Of a stretch of 64,000 nt of DNA, positions 11,339 to 20,679 are shown one piece after another. The DNA lies in the NCBI GenBank assembly GCA_038849555.1, contig JAWCMT010000003.1:1956-65955 (forward strand). The letters run 5' to 3'. This DNA comes from Candidatus Bathyarchaeia archaeon (lineage in GTDB: Archaea; Thermoproteota; Bathyarchaeia; Bathyarchaeales; Bathycorpusculaceae). Position 1 is the first letter of the stretch. Each line of letters begins with the position of its first letter. The notes beneath the pieces are model-generated. The model was not told the DNA's origin. It saw only the letters and a list, made by a program, of their open reading frames with translations, and searched no databases. The translations under genes and the position numbers were made by a program.

Positions 11339-12538
11339 TTACTCTCTCCCTAAGATGGTAACATACGCTTTGGTGCCGAAGCCCTCAAACTCTAACGCAC
11401 AGCCAAAGCGCGGTGTCGCTTGGTTAATTTTAACTTGTCGGGCACCAGCCTCGTCTCGCAATTGCTTAAAGATTTCGAATATTTGAGCGCCGCCAGTGGC
11501 GCCTAGCGGATTTCCATCTGCTTTTAAACCGCCGTTCGTGTTAACGAAAATGGGCTTACCGTTTATTTCATAGTAGCCACTGCCATCTTGACAGTCTCCA
11601 CGTATGTTTCGCCATGCTGTGCCCGGCTCACAAAAACCCAAGTCTTCAAAAGACACCATTTCCATCACGGTAGACTGATCGTAAACCTCTACGATTGGTA
11701 TGTCCACAGGGGCTATTCCAGCCATTTTCAAGGCACTTTTCGCTGCGAGTTTGGTAGCGGCAAAATGTGTGAGATCGTCTCTTCCTGAGAAATTCAAATA
11801 ATCCGTGGCTGAAGAAAAACCTAAGACGTAAACAGGCTGTGTCGTCATTTTTTTGGCTATGGCTTCGCTTGTAAGAATAAGCGCAGACGCGCCATCAGAA
11901 ATCGGCGCGAAATCATAAAGTCCCAACGGTTTATTCACCACTTTCCTTGCGCTTAAGACTTGCTCGATAGTTATCTTTCGCTGAAATTGTGCATACTCGT
12001 TTTTTGTGGCATTAGCGTGATTTTTGACGGCAACTTGTGCCAACGCAACATTAAGCTTGTCTAGGTTCTCGCCTGTTATTCCATACTTCTTTATGTAAGC
12101 CCTAAACATAAGCTCATGGTTTGTTTCTGGCGTGCCGCCAGCATAGTAGCTCCACGGATCCTCAAGAAGCATAAGGTCATCGCGGATTTTGTCCCAGCGA
12201 TCCGTCATCTTCTCTATGCCGCCCACCAAGACAGTGCTGTATACGCCGGCTTGGATGGCGTGGCAAGCTGCTAATAGCGCAGCGCTGACTGATCGGGTAA
12301 CTTCCATGGGAACATGAAGCTCGGTGAGCTCGGATAAGAAACCTTCCTCTAAACCTAGCTTATTGGTGATTGGGAGAAAACAGTCTGAAAGATAACATGC
12401 TTCCAAGTCTTTGCGCTCTATGTCGCATTCTTGTGAAGCGGCAAGCCAAGCTTCTTCGATTAGCTTTTCTGGCTCTTTTCCATAGTGTTCTCCAAACTTT
12501 GTTCGGCCAACAGCAACTATTGCTGGGCGATTTTTCAT
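11339..12538 (-). CDS. Acetyl-CoA C-acetyltransferase (archaeal thiolase)
   Basis: ORF 11339..12562. The thiolase-fold features (VAVGRTKFGEHYG, C-terminal GNPLGATGG) are present. I prefer the ATG at 12538, which is preceded by GGGGGA. Confidence 0.85.
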   Translation of the reverse strand: MKNRPAIVAVGRTKFGEHYGKEPEKLIEEAWLAASQECDIERKDLEACYLSDCFLPITNKLGLEEGFLSELTELHVPMEVTRSVSAALLAACHAIQAGVYSTVLVGGIEKMTDRWDKIRDDLMLLEDPWSYYAGGTPETNHELMFRAYIKKYGITGENLDKLNVALAQVAVKNHANATKNEYAQFQRKITIEQVLSARKVVNKPLGLYDFAPISDGASALILTSEAIAKKMTTQPVYVLGFSSATDYLNFSGRDDLTHFAATKLAAKSALKMAGIAPVDIPIVEVYDQSTVMEMVSFEDLGFCEPGTAWRNIRGDCQDGSGYYEINGKPIFVNTNGGLKADGNPLGATGGAQIFEIFKQLRDEAGARQVKINQATPRFGCALEFEGFGTKAYVTILGRE

Positions 12539-12657
12539 GATACTTCCCCCTTTTGATAGCAAATATCCTTTTCCAAAATGGCTATTAAGTGTTTGCCATA
12601 TTCGGTTTAATTTGCCGGAGCAATCAGGGAGCAGATCGTTGCGTTAGGTCTTATTTT

Positions 12658-12900
12658 TTATAGGATGGTGACAATGGCTATGAGGTTGTTTGCGACGACG
12701 AGCATGAGCACCGTGAATGAGGTAAAATATCCTGATCTCAGGAAAAGTTTTCCAAAATTTGAGTTGACACCCAAAACTTCTTCCATTGCGTAGCCCTTGT
12801 AAAATAAAAGGCCTATGAGCATGGCCGCTGCGAGTTTTATGATGCTGTAAACCAGAATATTTGAGCTTACTGCGCCTGCAAATAAGGGATTAAGTTCCAC
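12658..12900 (-). CDS. DUF5658-like small membrane protein; the 5' end is problematic (see findings)
   Basis: The track ORF starts at a GTG, but the same frame stays open and protein-like for 38 more codons upstream (KAEGKSTFKKALALGLILILLGILDWLTTILGVHYFGA). That stretch holds a TM helix and the D..T / E.NP pattern, yet no canonical start. Confidence 0.4.
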   Translation of the reverse strand: MELNPLFAGAVSSNILVYSIIKLAAAMLIGLLFYKGYAMEEVLGVNSNFGKLFLRSGYFTSFTVLMLVVANNLIAIVTIL

Positions 12901-13283
12901 TGCGCCGAAATAATGTACTCCCAGAATTGTGGTTAACCAGTCTAATATGCCCAGTAAAATTAGAATGAGTCCCAGCGCCAGTGCTTTTTTGAACGTGCTT
13001 TTTCCCTCGGCTTTTCAGCACATGCTACCTAGTGCTATGGCATTATGTTAGATACGAGTTTTGAATGTTGTTGGTAAGAACTGATGTACACTTGCACAAG
13101 AAAGTAAACTTAAAAATGTAAAAATTAAATGCGCAGATATGACTATTTTAGCTTTGAATGGTAAAAGTATGCAGCAGATATGTTGAACAATAAATCAATG
13201 CGTACATGTCACAATTTTCAATGGGATAACCTTGTTGTGGATATAAAAATGGCAGCTTTTTCAGGATACCTTGTTATGCGGTT

Positions 13284-14675
13284 TTAGCTGAAAGTAAACT
13301 CTGTTTTCTTCAACTGCCTCTTCAATCTTCGGATAAGCTTCTCTAGCTCGCGGCTTAGTTCCACTGGATACATTGGCGCATTCGTCAACTTCTTGTACTT
13401 CACAGGAAGCCACGCCAAGTTTTCCGCTGCGGTTTCACGTATCTTTTCAAGGGAGGGAAGGTCGTATACTATTTCGCCTTTTTCCATGACTTTAACAAGC
13501 AAGGGTTCACCTTCTATTTTCTCATCAGTCAATGCAATAACGTCTTTTGCAAAGTTGCCGTTTTCGTCTTTAAATCTGTAGACTTGCTTACGCCCAGGCA
13601 AGGTGGCTTTGCCTTCGCTGAGCTTCATAATAGGCGAAAACGTGCCCTTTTTGTTCATTGTCTCGCACAGCTTGTATATCACGTCAACATAGGGTCTGTC
13701 TGCTGAAGTGCCCATTTTAGTGCCGACGCCGAAAGCATCAATTTTGGCGCCTTTATTGAGTAAATCCTCTATTCTAAACTCGTCAAGATCACCGCTCGCA
13801 AAAATCTTAACATACTGCAAGCCATTCTCATCTAAGATTTTCCTAACTTTTTTACTCACTTCAACCAAATCCCCGCTGTCCAGCCTAACGCCGCCAAGCC
13901 TGCAGCCCTTGGCTTCAAGTTCTTTGGCAACAGCAACCGCCTTTTCTGCACCAGCGATTTCATCATAAGTATCAATTAGAAGCGTAGACCTATCTGGAAA
14001 TGTCTTTGCAAAAGCGCGAAAGGCTTCTATCTCCCTCTCGTAGGACATGATGAAGCTATGCGCCATAGTACCGAATACGGGAATGCCATACGCTAAGCCT
14101 GCCAGCACATTGGAGGTGCCCTGGCATCCAGCGATGTAGCTGCACCGCGCCACCTTCATTCCAGCGTCAATGCCGTGCTCACGTCTCAAGCCAAATTCGA
14201 TTACCCCCTTGCCTTTGGCGGCTTGCACAACGCGCGACGCCTTCGTTGCAATCGTCGTTTGCAGGTTGACGGTGTTAAGCAGAAAAGTCTCCACCAACTG
14301 CGCCTCTATTATGGGTGCGGTTACACGAATTAGCGGTTCACATGGAAACATAACGGTACCCTCCGGTACAGCCCATACATCGCCCGTGAACCGAAAATCT
14401 CGAAGGTAATCGAGAAACTGCTGGTTAAAACCATGCTTCTTGAGGTAGGCAAGATGCTCTTCAGTAAACTTTACGCTTTTAAGATAAAGAAGAACTTGCT
14501 CCAGCCCAGCGAAGAGAAAATATGAGCGATTTTCGGGCAACCGCCTTATAAACAGGTCAAAGGTTGCGGGCTCAAACTTTTGGTTGTCAAAGTAGCTTGC
14601 GCACATCGTTAACTCGTAAAAGTCGGTGAACAAGCTCATGTTTTGCTCATTCTGATAATCAAGAAAAGAGTTCAT
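13284..14675 (-). CDS. pncB: Nicotinate phosphoribosyltransferase
   Basis: 463 aa. It has the LFTDFYELTM N-terminal signature, the FGTMAHSF motif and a GVGT motif, all typical of NaPRTase. Confidence 0.85.
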   Translation of the reverse strand: MNSFLDYQNEQNMSLFTDFYELTMCASYFDNQKFEPATFDLFIRRLPENRSYFLFAGLEQVLLYLKSVKFTEEHLAYLKKHGFNQQFLDYLRDFRFTGDVWAVPEGTVMFPCEPLIRVTAPIIEAQLVETFLLNTVNLQTTIATKASRVVQAAKGKGVIEFGLRREHGIDAGMKVARCSYIAGCQGTSNVLAGLAYGIPVFGTMAHSFIMSYEREIEAFRAFAKTFPDRSTLLIDTYDEIAGAEKAVAVAKELEAKGCRLGGVRLDSGDLVEVSKKVRKILDENGLQYVKIFASGDLDEFRIEDLLNKGAKIDAFGVGTKMGTSADRPYVDVIYKLCETMNKKGTFSPIMKLSEGKATLPGRKQVYRFKDENGNFAKDVIALTDEKIEGEPLLVKVMEKGEIVYDLPSLEKIRETAAENLAWLPVKYKKLTNAPMYPVELSRELEKLIRRLKRQLKKTEFTFS

Positions 14676-14977
14676 GCGCTATACTGAAAACCTAAGGAAA
14701 TTTAATTCTTTCTGAACAAGCCACAAGCCGTTATCATGCGCGGGTGCAATAGCGCAGCTTATGCACGAATTCACAAGTAACGCCCTTTCCAAGCCAACCA
14801 ACAGTTCAAGCTATGTATAGAGGAGGTATAAATTCCACCAAGCACAACAATGCAGCCTGCAACCCCGCAACCTGCCGCGACAAAAAGTCACCAATTTATT
14901 CCTTCAAACGCGGCGTAATCTGGATTTTGGCTTTGAAACTTTTATATATGCCGACGTCAATGCTATGTTTGAGCGTC

Positions 14978-15286
14978 ATGGCTGAAGTTTGTCCAACATG
15001 CGGCCTTCCCAAGGACTTATGCGTTTGTGGCGAAATTGAAAAAGAGCAACAGCGAATCCGCATTAGGCTTGAAACAAGAAAATTCGGCAGACCAATAACC
15101 ATTGTTGACGGCATAGAAGACCGAAACTCAAACCTCGCGCAGACAGCGCAGAAGCTAAAAAGTTTTTGCGCTTGCGGCGGAACATCAAAAAACGGTCAAA
15201 TAATGCTGCAAGGCGATCACCGCGAAAAAGTCCGAGAATTTCTCATCAAACATGGATACCCAGAAGACAACATAGAACTGCAATAG
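14978..15286 (+). CDS. Translation initiation factor aSUI1 (eIF1 homologue)
   Basis: The conserved part begins MAEVCPTCGLPKDLCVCGEIEKEQQRIRIRLETRKFGRPITIV. The upstream 55 codons of track ORF 14813..15286 look non-coding. Confidence 0.85.
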   Translation: MAEVCPTCGLPKDLCVCGEIEKEQQRIRIRLETRKFGRPITIVDGIEDRNSNLAQTAQKLKSFCACGGTSKNGQIMLQGDHREKVREFLIKHGYPEDNIELQ

Positions 15287-15316
15287 CCACGCAGAGTGCC
15301 AGGTGCAAAGTCCAGG

Positions 15317-15523
15317 ATGAAACTGCTGCGAAATATTCGTGAAGTATTTAAAACTCTAAAACACAGGAAACCATCGCAGATTTTCTGCCCAAGATGCTGC
15401 AGCCCGAACATGAGATTATACAGCAGCTTGGATCTTTGGTTAACACCCAAAAAATACGTATGTGAAAACTGCGGTTACATAGGGCCAATAATCATGGAAC
15501 TAGAAAAAGAAGAGAGCAGCTGA
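15317..15523 (+). CDS. Small zinc-ribbon protein
   Basis: It has a CPRCC...CENCG pair of Cys knuckles and an ATG at 15317 inside track ORF 15296..15523. Confidence 0.5.
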   Translation: MKLLRNIREVFKTLKHRKPSQIFCPRCCSPNMRLYSSLDLWLTPKKYVCENCGYIGPIIMELEKEESS

Positions 15524-15531
15524 TAAAGCGC

Positions 15532-16485
15532 TTAGTCAGGCAACTCTAAGCCCAATTGCTTCTTCAAAGTTTTATAGCGGTTTCGCACCGTAACTTCAGT
15601 CACGCCAGCAGCTTCAGCAATGTCCTTCTGCGTCTTCTTCTCATTATTCTGCAAGCACGCGATATACAGCGCTGCCGCAGCAAGCCCCATAGGATCTTTA
15701 CCTGCCGCAGCACGCTTCCTTCGTGCCTCTCGAAGAATCTGGATTGCTAAACCCTGAGTTTTACCTGAAATCCCCGTCCGCTCAGCAATCTTCGAGACAT
15801 ACGTCAACGGATCAGCAATCGGCATATGAACTTCAAGCTCACGCAGCAAAAGCCTGTAACAACGCGCAACATCTTTCTTGTCTACAAGACTTGCTTCAGC
15901 AATTTCACGAAGCGTCCTTGGGGTTCCACTGCCGCGGCAAGCCGCATATAGCGCCGCAGCAGCGATAGCGGCAATTGATCTGCCGCGAACAAGACCTTTA
16001 TCCAAAGCTTTACGGTAGATCACAGCCGCTTTCTCTTTAATTGGAGGCGGAATGAAAACTTTATCAGAAAGGCGATCCAACTCCGCCATGGCTTGAGCAA
16101 GATTTCTATCGATGGAAGAATGAACGCGAGATCGAATTTGCCATTTCCTCAAACGCCACATTTGAAGCCTTGTGGAGAGAGGAAGTTTTCTTCCAAATGC
16201 ATCGCGATCAAGCTGGCTGATGGCAGTGGATAAGCCTTTATCGTGAACCGAATATGATGTGGGAACCCCAACACGGCTTCTTGATGCTTTCTCTTCCTGA
16301 GTGAAAGCTCGCCATTCGGGTCCTTTATCCATCATCTGCTCGTATAAGACGAGCCCACAGTCTCCGCAGACAGTTTCTCCCGTATCATAATCGTGGACGA
16401 GGTTGTCGCTTCCGCATTCTGGGCACTTGTCAACTAAGCGCTGTTGCGTTCCCGCTTCTTTTTTACTCAATATTCTATTCCCCAT
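15532..16485 (-). CDS. tfb: Transcription initiation factor B (TFB), paralogue 1
   Basis: 317 aa. An N-terminal Zn ribbon (CPECGS...CGDCG) and B-reader are followed by two cyclin repeats (GRSIAAIAAAALYAACR, AAAALYIAC). Confidence 0.9.
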   Translation of the reverse strand: MGNRILSKKEAGTQQRLVDKCPECGSDNLVHDYDTGETVCGDCGLVLYEQMMDKGPEWRAFTQEEKASRSRVGVPTSYSVHDKGLSTAISQLDRDAFGRKLPLSTRLQMWRLRKWQIRSRVHSSIDRNLAQAMAELDRLSDKVFIPPPIKEKAAVIYRKALDKGLVRGRSIAAIAAAALYAACRGSGTPRTLREIAEASLVDKKDVARCYRLLLRELEVHMPIADPLTYVSKIAERTGISGKTQGLAIQILREARRKRAAAGKDPMGLAAAALYIACLQNNEKKTQKDIAEAAGVTEVTVRNRYKTLKKQLGLELPD

Positions 16486-16717
16486 TCATTATATTTGCGT
16501 AGAACCGTCACCATATCCCTTTTGAGCTGAGAAAACAGCACATTCGGTTCGCGCAGTCTATCCAGATGAACAGATTTAATATATAAGCTTTACGGTTTAA
16601 ATAAAGAGATTCAGCAAACAATCTATAAATACTTATCAACGCTACTTACGCCTCTAACAGCGGCGAAAAATATTGCGCTATTAGAGCCCTTAGAAGAGGA
16701 AAACTTTAAGCAATTGA

Positions 16718-16727
16718 TTTAAAAATT
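16718..16727 (+). promoter_or_regulatory. Candidate TATA box for tRNA-Gln
   Basis: TTTAAAAATT is centred about 29 nt upstream of the tRNA 5' end. Confidence 0.45.
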
Positions 16728-16750
16728 AGCTTTAACACTTAGGAACACGA

Positions 16751-16823
16751 AGCCCGGTGGTGTAGTGGCCAAGCATAGCGGGCTTTGGACCCGCCGACGA
16801 GAGTTCGAATCTCTCCCGGGCTA
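16751..16823 (+). tRNA. tRNA-Gln (anticodon TTG)
   Basis: I folded it by hand. The acceptor stem is AGCCCGG/CCGGGCT. The anticodon stem GCGGG/CCCGC carries loop CTTTGGA. The T-arm is GAGAG-TTCGAAT-CTCTC and the discriminator is A. Confidence 0.9.
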
Positions 16824-16953
16824 CTAACGCTCAATTTGGAGTCGTTGTTAAATACTCAGCAACCGCCGCGTTTTTTGTTTTGGTAGCATGTATGATTAGT
16901 GACACAGAGGAATGCAGAGTCCCTGTATGCTGCTGTTTTAGTGGGAGGGTTGC

Positions 16954-17577
16954 ATGGATGGCGAGGGTAACGCTTTTTTACGTGCAAAAGCCAACCAGAA
17001 ATTAAAAGTTACTAAACTGTTATTAGCCGCTTGGGCTTTTATTTACATGGGTGCCACCAGATTGAAAGCCTACATCGGTCTAACATGCAAGGCCGGAGGC
17101 TTCAATGAAGTATTAAAAAAGCTTCTGCACCAGCAGCTCATTGACCCGCGAGATATATTCCTACTTTTCGGTCCTGTTGATATTCTAATACGGTTCGCCA
17201 ACATCCAGAACTTAGAGGAGTTCATTGAGAAGTATTTTAACCCTGTGCGGCTGATTGGCGCCGAAGAAAACTTGATCATTAAAACATTGAGTTTCATTGT
17301 TGCAAAAGAAGGCCCATCACTTGCTGAGAGCCCATATGCATTTGTATTCCTAAACGTCCAACCTAAGAATCTGGAGAGCGTGCATAGAACGCTACTCAGC
17401 TTCCCAGAAGTGATATCAGTCGATACAGTGTTTGGTCCTTACGATATAATATGCTCAGTCAAGGCAGTTGATCAAATGGATCTTCTATGTACTGTAACAA
17501 AAATTCAAGAGGTTCCTGGCGTGGAAAACTCTGTGACTTCCATAGTTTCGCCAATACCGCTTTTCCCTGAATGGTAA
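16954..17577 (+). CDS. Protein with two tandem Lrp/AsnC-type ligand-binding (RAM) domains and no obvious HTH
   Basis: There are two copies of the beta-alpha-beta-beta-alpha-beta pattern with the G-P-x-D motif (FGPVDILIRF and FGPYDIICSV). The likely true start is the ATG at 17047. Confidence 0.5.
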   Translation: MDGEGNAFLRAKANQKLKVTKLLLAAWAFIYMGATRLKAYIGLTCKAGGFNEVLKKLLHQQLIDPRDIFLLFGPVDILIRFANIQNLEEFIEKYFNPVRLIGAEENLIIKTLSFIVAKEGPSLAESPYAFVFLNVQPKNLESVHRTLLSFPEVISVDTVFGPYDIICSVKAVDQMDLLCTVTKIQEVPGVENSVTSIVSPIPLFPEW

Positions 17578-17760
17578 TTCCACTAAGGCTTTATAGCGTT
17601 TAACCATCTTTTTATTTATGATTGAGAAGCATTAAGATCTAAATCGTTTAAAAGTTGCAAATGAGGTAAAAATGTAACCAATGTGAAGATTTCCAACACT
17701 TATTCTGAGGCAAAAATGTTATTGAATAGGGGTAAATGACGCCATCTAACAGTTTAAGGG

Positions 17761-18036
17761 TTAAATTGAAATTGAACTACCACATTTCTTACATATAACA
17801 ATCTTATCGGTTAAATTTTTCAGCCTATACGGTGTATAAAGACCGCAATCCGCGCATCTGGCAAATCTTAACTCGTTGAGCGCCTTCTCCCGCATGACAT
17901 CATGCAGCGCAGTAAAGATGCTAATTCGCTGGTACTTATTAGAGTCCAAGGTAATTCCTTCGCTTGCAATAGTCTCAACGGTTAATAAAAGGGAACTTTC
18001 AAGCGGCAACATATGTTGAAAAACAGAATATGACAT
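17761..18036 (-). CDS. Hypothetical protein with a C-terminal zinc ribbon
   Basis: 91 aa with a CADCG...CKKCG motif. It lies in a low-GC context. Confidence 0.35.
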   Translation of the reverse strand: MSYSVFQHMLPLESSLLLTVETIASEGITLDSNKYQRISIFTALHDVMREKALNELRFARCADCGLYTPYRLKNLTDKIVICKKCGSSISI

Positions 18037-18341
18037 GTGCGAAACAACTGCTTTTATTCTCCCTACAGTAGGGAGAGCAAGGACGAGAAAAATGATGTGG
18101 TCAAGCTTATTTGCGTTAGGCTTTTACGGGTTAATTCTCATAATGATAATTGTTGTTGTAGGCAGCATTATATGGGCAAAATACCACCGCTGAGCACTAT
18201 GCATCGCCACCAGCTTGAAAATCAAACGTATTCTGCCAACGGAAAACTCGCTCAACTTCGTTAAAAGAGTAATAAAAATAGAATAAGTAGGCAGAAGCCA
18301 CTTTATGGAGACTCTGCCATATTCAATCTGAATTGCCTTTT

Positions 18342-20354
18342 TTACCTTCGCCTTTGGATTATTAGAAAAGCCACTACAGCCACAATGACAACGCCGACAA
18401 CTGTGAAAGCAATAGTTAGCCATGATAGGTCAACTGGAGTCTCGGTTCTCACAAGCTCTGGCGTGCACATAGCAGTTCCACCTGCGTTTACTGTAACTTG
18501 TTCTGTTACTGTTTCGTATCCACTTTTACTTATCTCAAGAAGATAGCTACCTGATGGAACATCCTTGAAAGTCACGTATCCTTGCAGGTTTGTAGTACCG
18601 TTCAATGGGCTTGCTCCTTTCGGCTGTGATATCGAGATAACACTTGCTTCGCTTACCGGGTTTCCCTCGGGGTCTTTAACGAACACATCAAGAGTTCCTG
18701 TGCGGATAGTAGGCACCACTGTGACTTGGATGCTACTATTGCCCGTGGTATATCCAGTTTTAGAGGCATTTATAGAAATTGTGCATATGGTATCTTTTGT
18801 CACTTTAGGAGCATTAAACACGCAGACATAATATCCGTCTTTTTCATCAGAAACCGCAGAAAAGTTTCCGCCCTTATCTGACGCAAGCTTAACCGTAGCA
18901 CCAGGCGCTGGAGCAAGACCGCTATAGGTAACATAAATTCTCAAGGTTGCTTGCGCACTGGAGTTAACAGGATTCGGCTCAGCAGTAGCAGAAATGGTTA
19001 AAGTATATTTGTCTACGAGACTGACGGTCATGGATGCTTGTGCAGCGGTATAACCTGACGATTGAGCAGTAATCGATGTTGAACCTGCTGCATACATCGA
19101 ACTGAATCTGGCTACAGCAAAAGTTTCGCCAAAAGGAATGACCACTTCTGGAGCAACATCACCGACCTCTGTTTTGGAAGAGAACAAACTGACTTTGACG
19201 GCACCAACTGGATCCTTAGCAGGGTTTCCAGATGAATCTTGAAGCTGAACTATAACTGCATCATAGGATTGGCCATCCGCAGGTAAGCTGGAAGGAGCGC
19301 AGAACACAGCAAGTTTTGTCGGAACGTAGCCAACAGTAGTTATTGAAGCTTGACTACTTGTATAGCCTGGGGCTGCGGCGGTTATGGTTGTTGTACCTGG
19401 ACGGTATGTCGAATAGAACTTCGCCATGGAATAGGTGGCGCCGCCGCTTATGATGACGGAGGTATCGACTGTTCCTATATCGGTTTCAGACGAGGACAAA
19501 CTTATTGATTGACTGGAAAGTGAGCAGGCTAATTTGCCATCAGCATTTTGGAATTGCACAGCAATCATATTATAGGTAATGCCGTCAGCAGGCACCTTTA
19601 ATGGGGCAACATAAACCTTCAGCTTCACAGCCCCCGTGCTAACCGGTTCTGTTTTGATTGTTGCTTGCCCTGAAGTATAACCCGAGGCAATCGCGGTAAT
19701 GGTAGTTGACCCAGTATTATTTGCAAAGAAGTTAGCTGTTGCATAGGTGCTTCCAGCTTGTATAGTAACGCTTGATGCAACGGTGCCCACAGTAGTATTC
19801 GAAGATGATAAGGTAACAACAACATTTCCTAGAGGAGCCCTGGCAGGCACGCCCGCAGAGTCTTGAAGCTGCACAACAATTGCTTCGTAACTGTGCCCGT
19901 CTGCTGGGAGAACAGGCGGCAAGCCGTAGACTGCGAGTTTAGATGGTACAGGCCCAACAGTGGTGATAGATGCCTGCACAGTTGCAAATCCAGATGCGGT
20001 AGCAGTTATTGTTGTAGTGCCAGGCGTATAGGTTGAGTAAAATTTGGCTTTCGCGTAAGTTTCGCCCTTCTGTATAGTGATAGTTGAGTCAACAGAGCCA
20101 ACGTCAGTCTGCGATGAGGATAAAGATATGGTGATGCTTTCAGTTGCTCTTGCCGGATTATTTTTTGAATCTTGAAGCTGCACAAAAATCGTTTCATAGG
20201 CTTTGTTGTCAGCAGGCACTTTTGTTGGCGCCACATAGATTTTCAGTTTTGCTGGTTCACTTGTTTGCGCATTTACATCAAAGTGAACTACGATCTGAGC
20301 AATAGCGAATATAATGAGAAATAGCAATGTTGTACGGAATATTTTTTTGGACAT
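18342..20354 (-). CDS. Cell-surface protein: signal peptide, four tandem Ig-like (Big-type) repeats, one further Ig-like domain, a carboxypeptidase-regulatory-like domain and a C-terminal TM anchor
   Basis: 670 aa. It has an N-terminal hydrophobic leader. The repeat unit ..K[IV]YV/AVY..P..PADG.SY..I.VQLQDS.G.PA.....V.LSSS.T.VG.V...V.I..G.TYA.A.F......G.TTITA.ASGY.. occurs four times. The C-terminal TM ends in QRRR. Confidence 0.75.
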   Translation of the reverse strand: MSKKIFRTTLLFLIIFAIAQIVVHFDVNAQTSEPAKLKIYVAPTKVPADNKAYETIFVQLQDSKNNPARATESITISLSSSQTDVGSVDSTITIQKGETYAKAKFYSTYTPGTTTITATASGFATVQASITTVGPVPSKLAVYGLPPVLPADGHSYEAIVVQLQDSAGVPARAPLGNVVVTLSSSNTTVGTVASSVTIQAGSTYATANFFANNTGSTTITAIASGYTSGQATIKTEPVSTGAVKLKVYVAPLKVPADGITYNMIAVQFQNADGKLACSLSSQSISLSSSETDIGTVDTSVIISGGATYSMAKFYSTYRPGTTTITAAAPGYTSSQASITTVGYVPTKLAVFCAPSSLPADGQSYDAVIVQLQDSSGNPAKDPVGAVKVSLFSSKTEVGDVAPEVVIPFGETFAVARFSSMYAAGSTSITAQSSGYTAAQASMTVSLVDKYTLTISATAEPNPVNSSAQATLRIYVTYSGLAPAPGATVKLASDKGGNFSAVSDEKDGYYVCVFNAPKVTKDTICTISINASKTGYTTGNSSIQVTVVPTIRTGTLDVFVKDPEGNPVSEASVISISQPKGASPLNGTTNLQGYVTFKDVPSGSYLLEISKSGYETVTEQVTVNAGGTAMCTPELVRTETPVDLSWLTIAFTVVGVVIVAVVAFLIIQRRR
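19035..20252 (-). repeat. Four tandem intragenic repeats of about 96 codons (diverged)
   Basis: The periodicity is visible in the translation of 18342..20354, approximately aa 35-440. Confidence 0.7.
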
Positions 20355-20499
20355 TCTTAATCCCTTTTGAAGAAGTTTTTCGGTTACGAGCTTATATTAA
20401 CATTATGAACTCACAATACAAATTAATTTTCAACCTTCATTAGATGAAAATTCCAATAAAACTTGTTCATTATCAGAGTCAACTGTGAAGATAGCACAC

Positions 20500-20679
20500 T
20501 TATAATAGCGCATGCTTTTTCTTTCTATGCATTAGGTACAAAAAGAAGGGGCCGCCACACATAGCTGTTATGACGCCGACAGGCAATTCTGCTGGAGACA
20601 CCACCACACGAGCGATACCATCACAGATTATTAAAAAAGAGGCACCCATAAGCACAGAAGCAGGAATTAGAGTTGATTT
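20500..20679 (-). pseudogene. 3'-terminal remnant of a FecCD/BtuC-family ABC permease gene
   Basis: My own translation is KSTLIPASVLMGASFLIICDGIARVVVSPAELPVGVITAMCGGPFFLYLMHRKKKHALL*. This matches the conserved last TM segments (AELPVG..TA..G.PFFLYL) of iron/B12 permeases. The frame is closed by a stop about 20 codons further upstream, so about 270 codons of the gene are missing. Confidence 0.6.

Noticed and set aside
14813-14977. The 55-codon N-terminal extension of the aSUI1 ORF
   Set aside because: The extension is not protein-like, and the conserved aSUI1 sequence begins at the internal ATG at 14978. Similar extensions were trimmed for L40e (32600), porA, thiolase, the dITPase and the HAD hydrolase.
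18037-18423. Track ORFs 18037..18264 (+) and 18124..18423 (-)
   Set aside because: They mutually overlap and have implausible composition. The minus-strand one also runs into the 3' end of the surface-protein gene.
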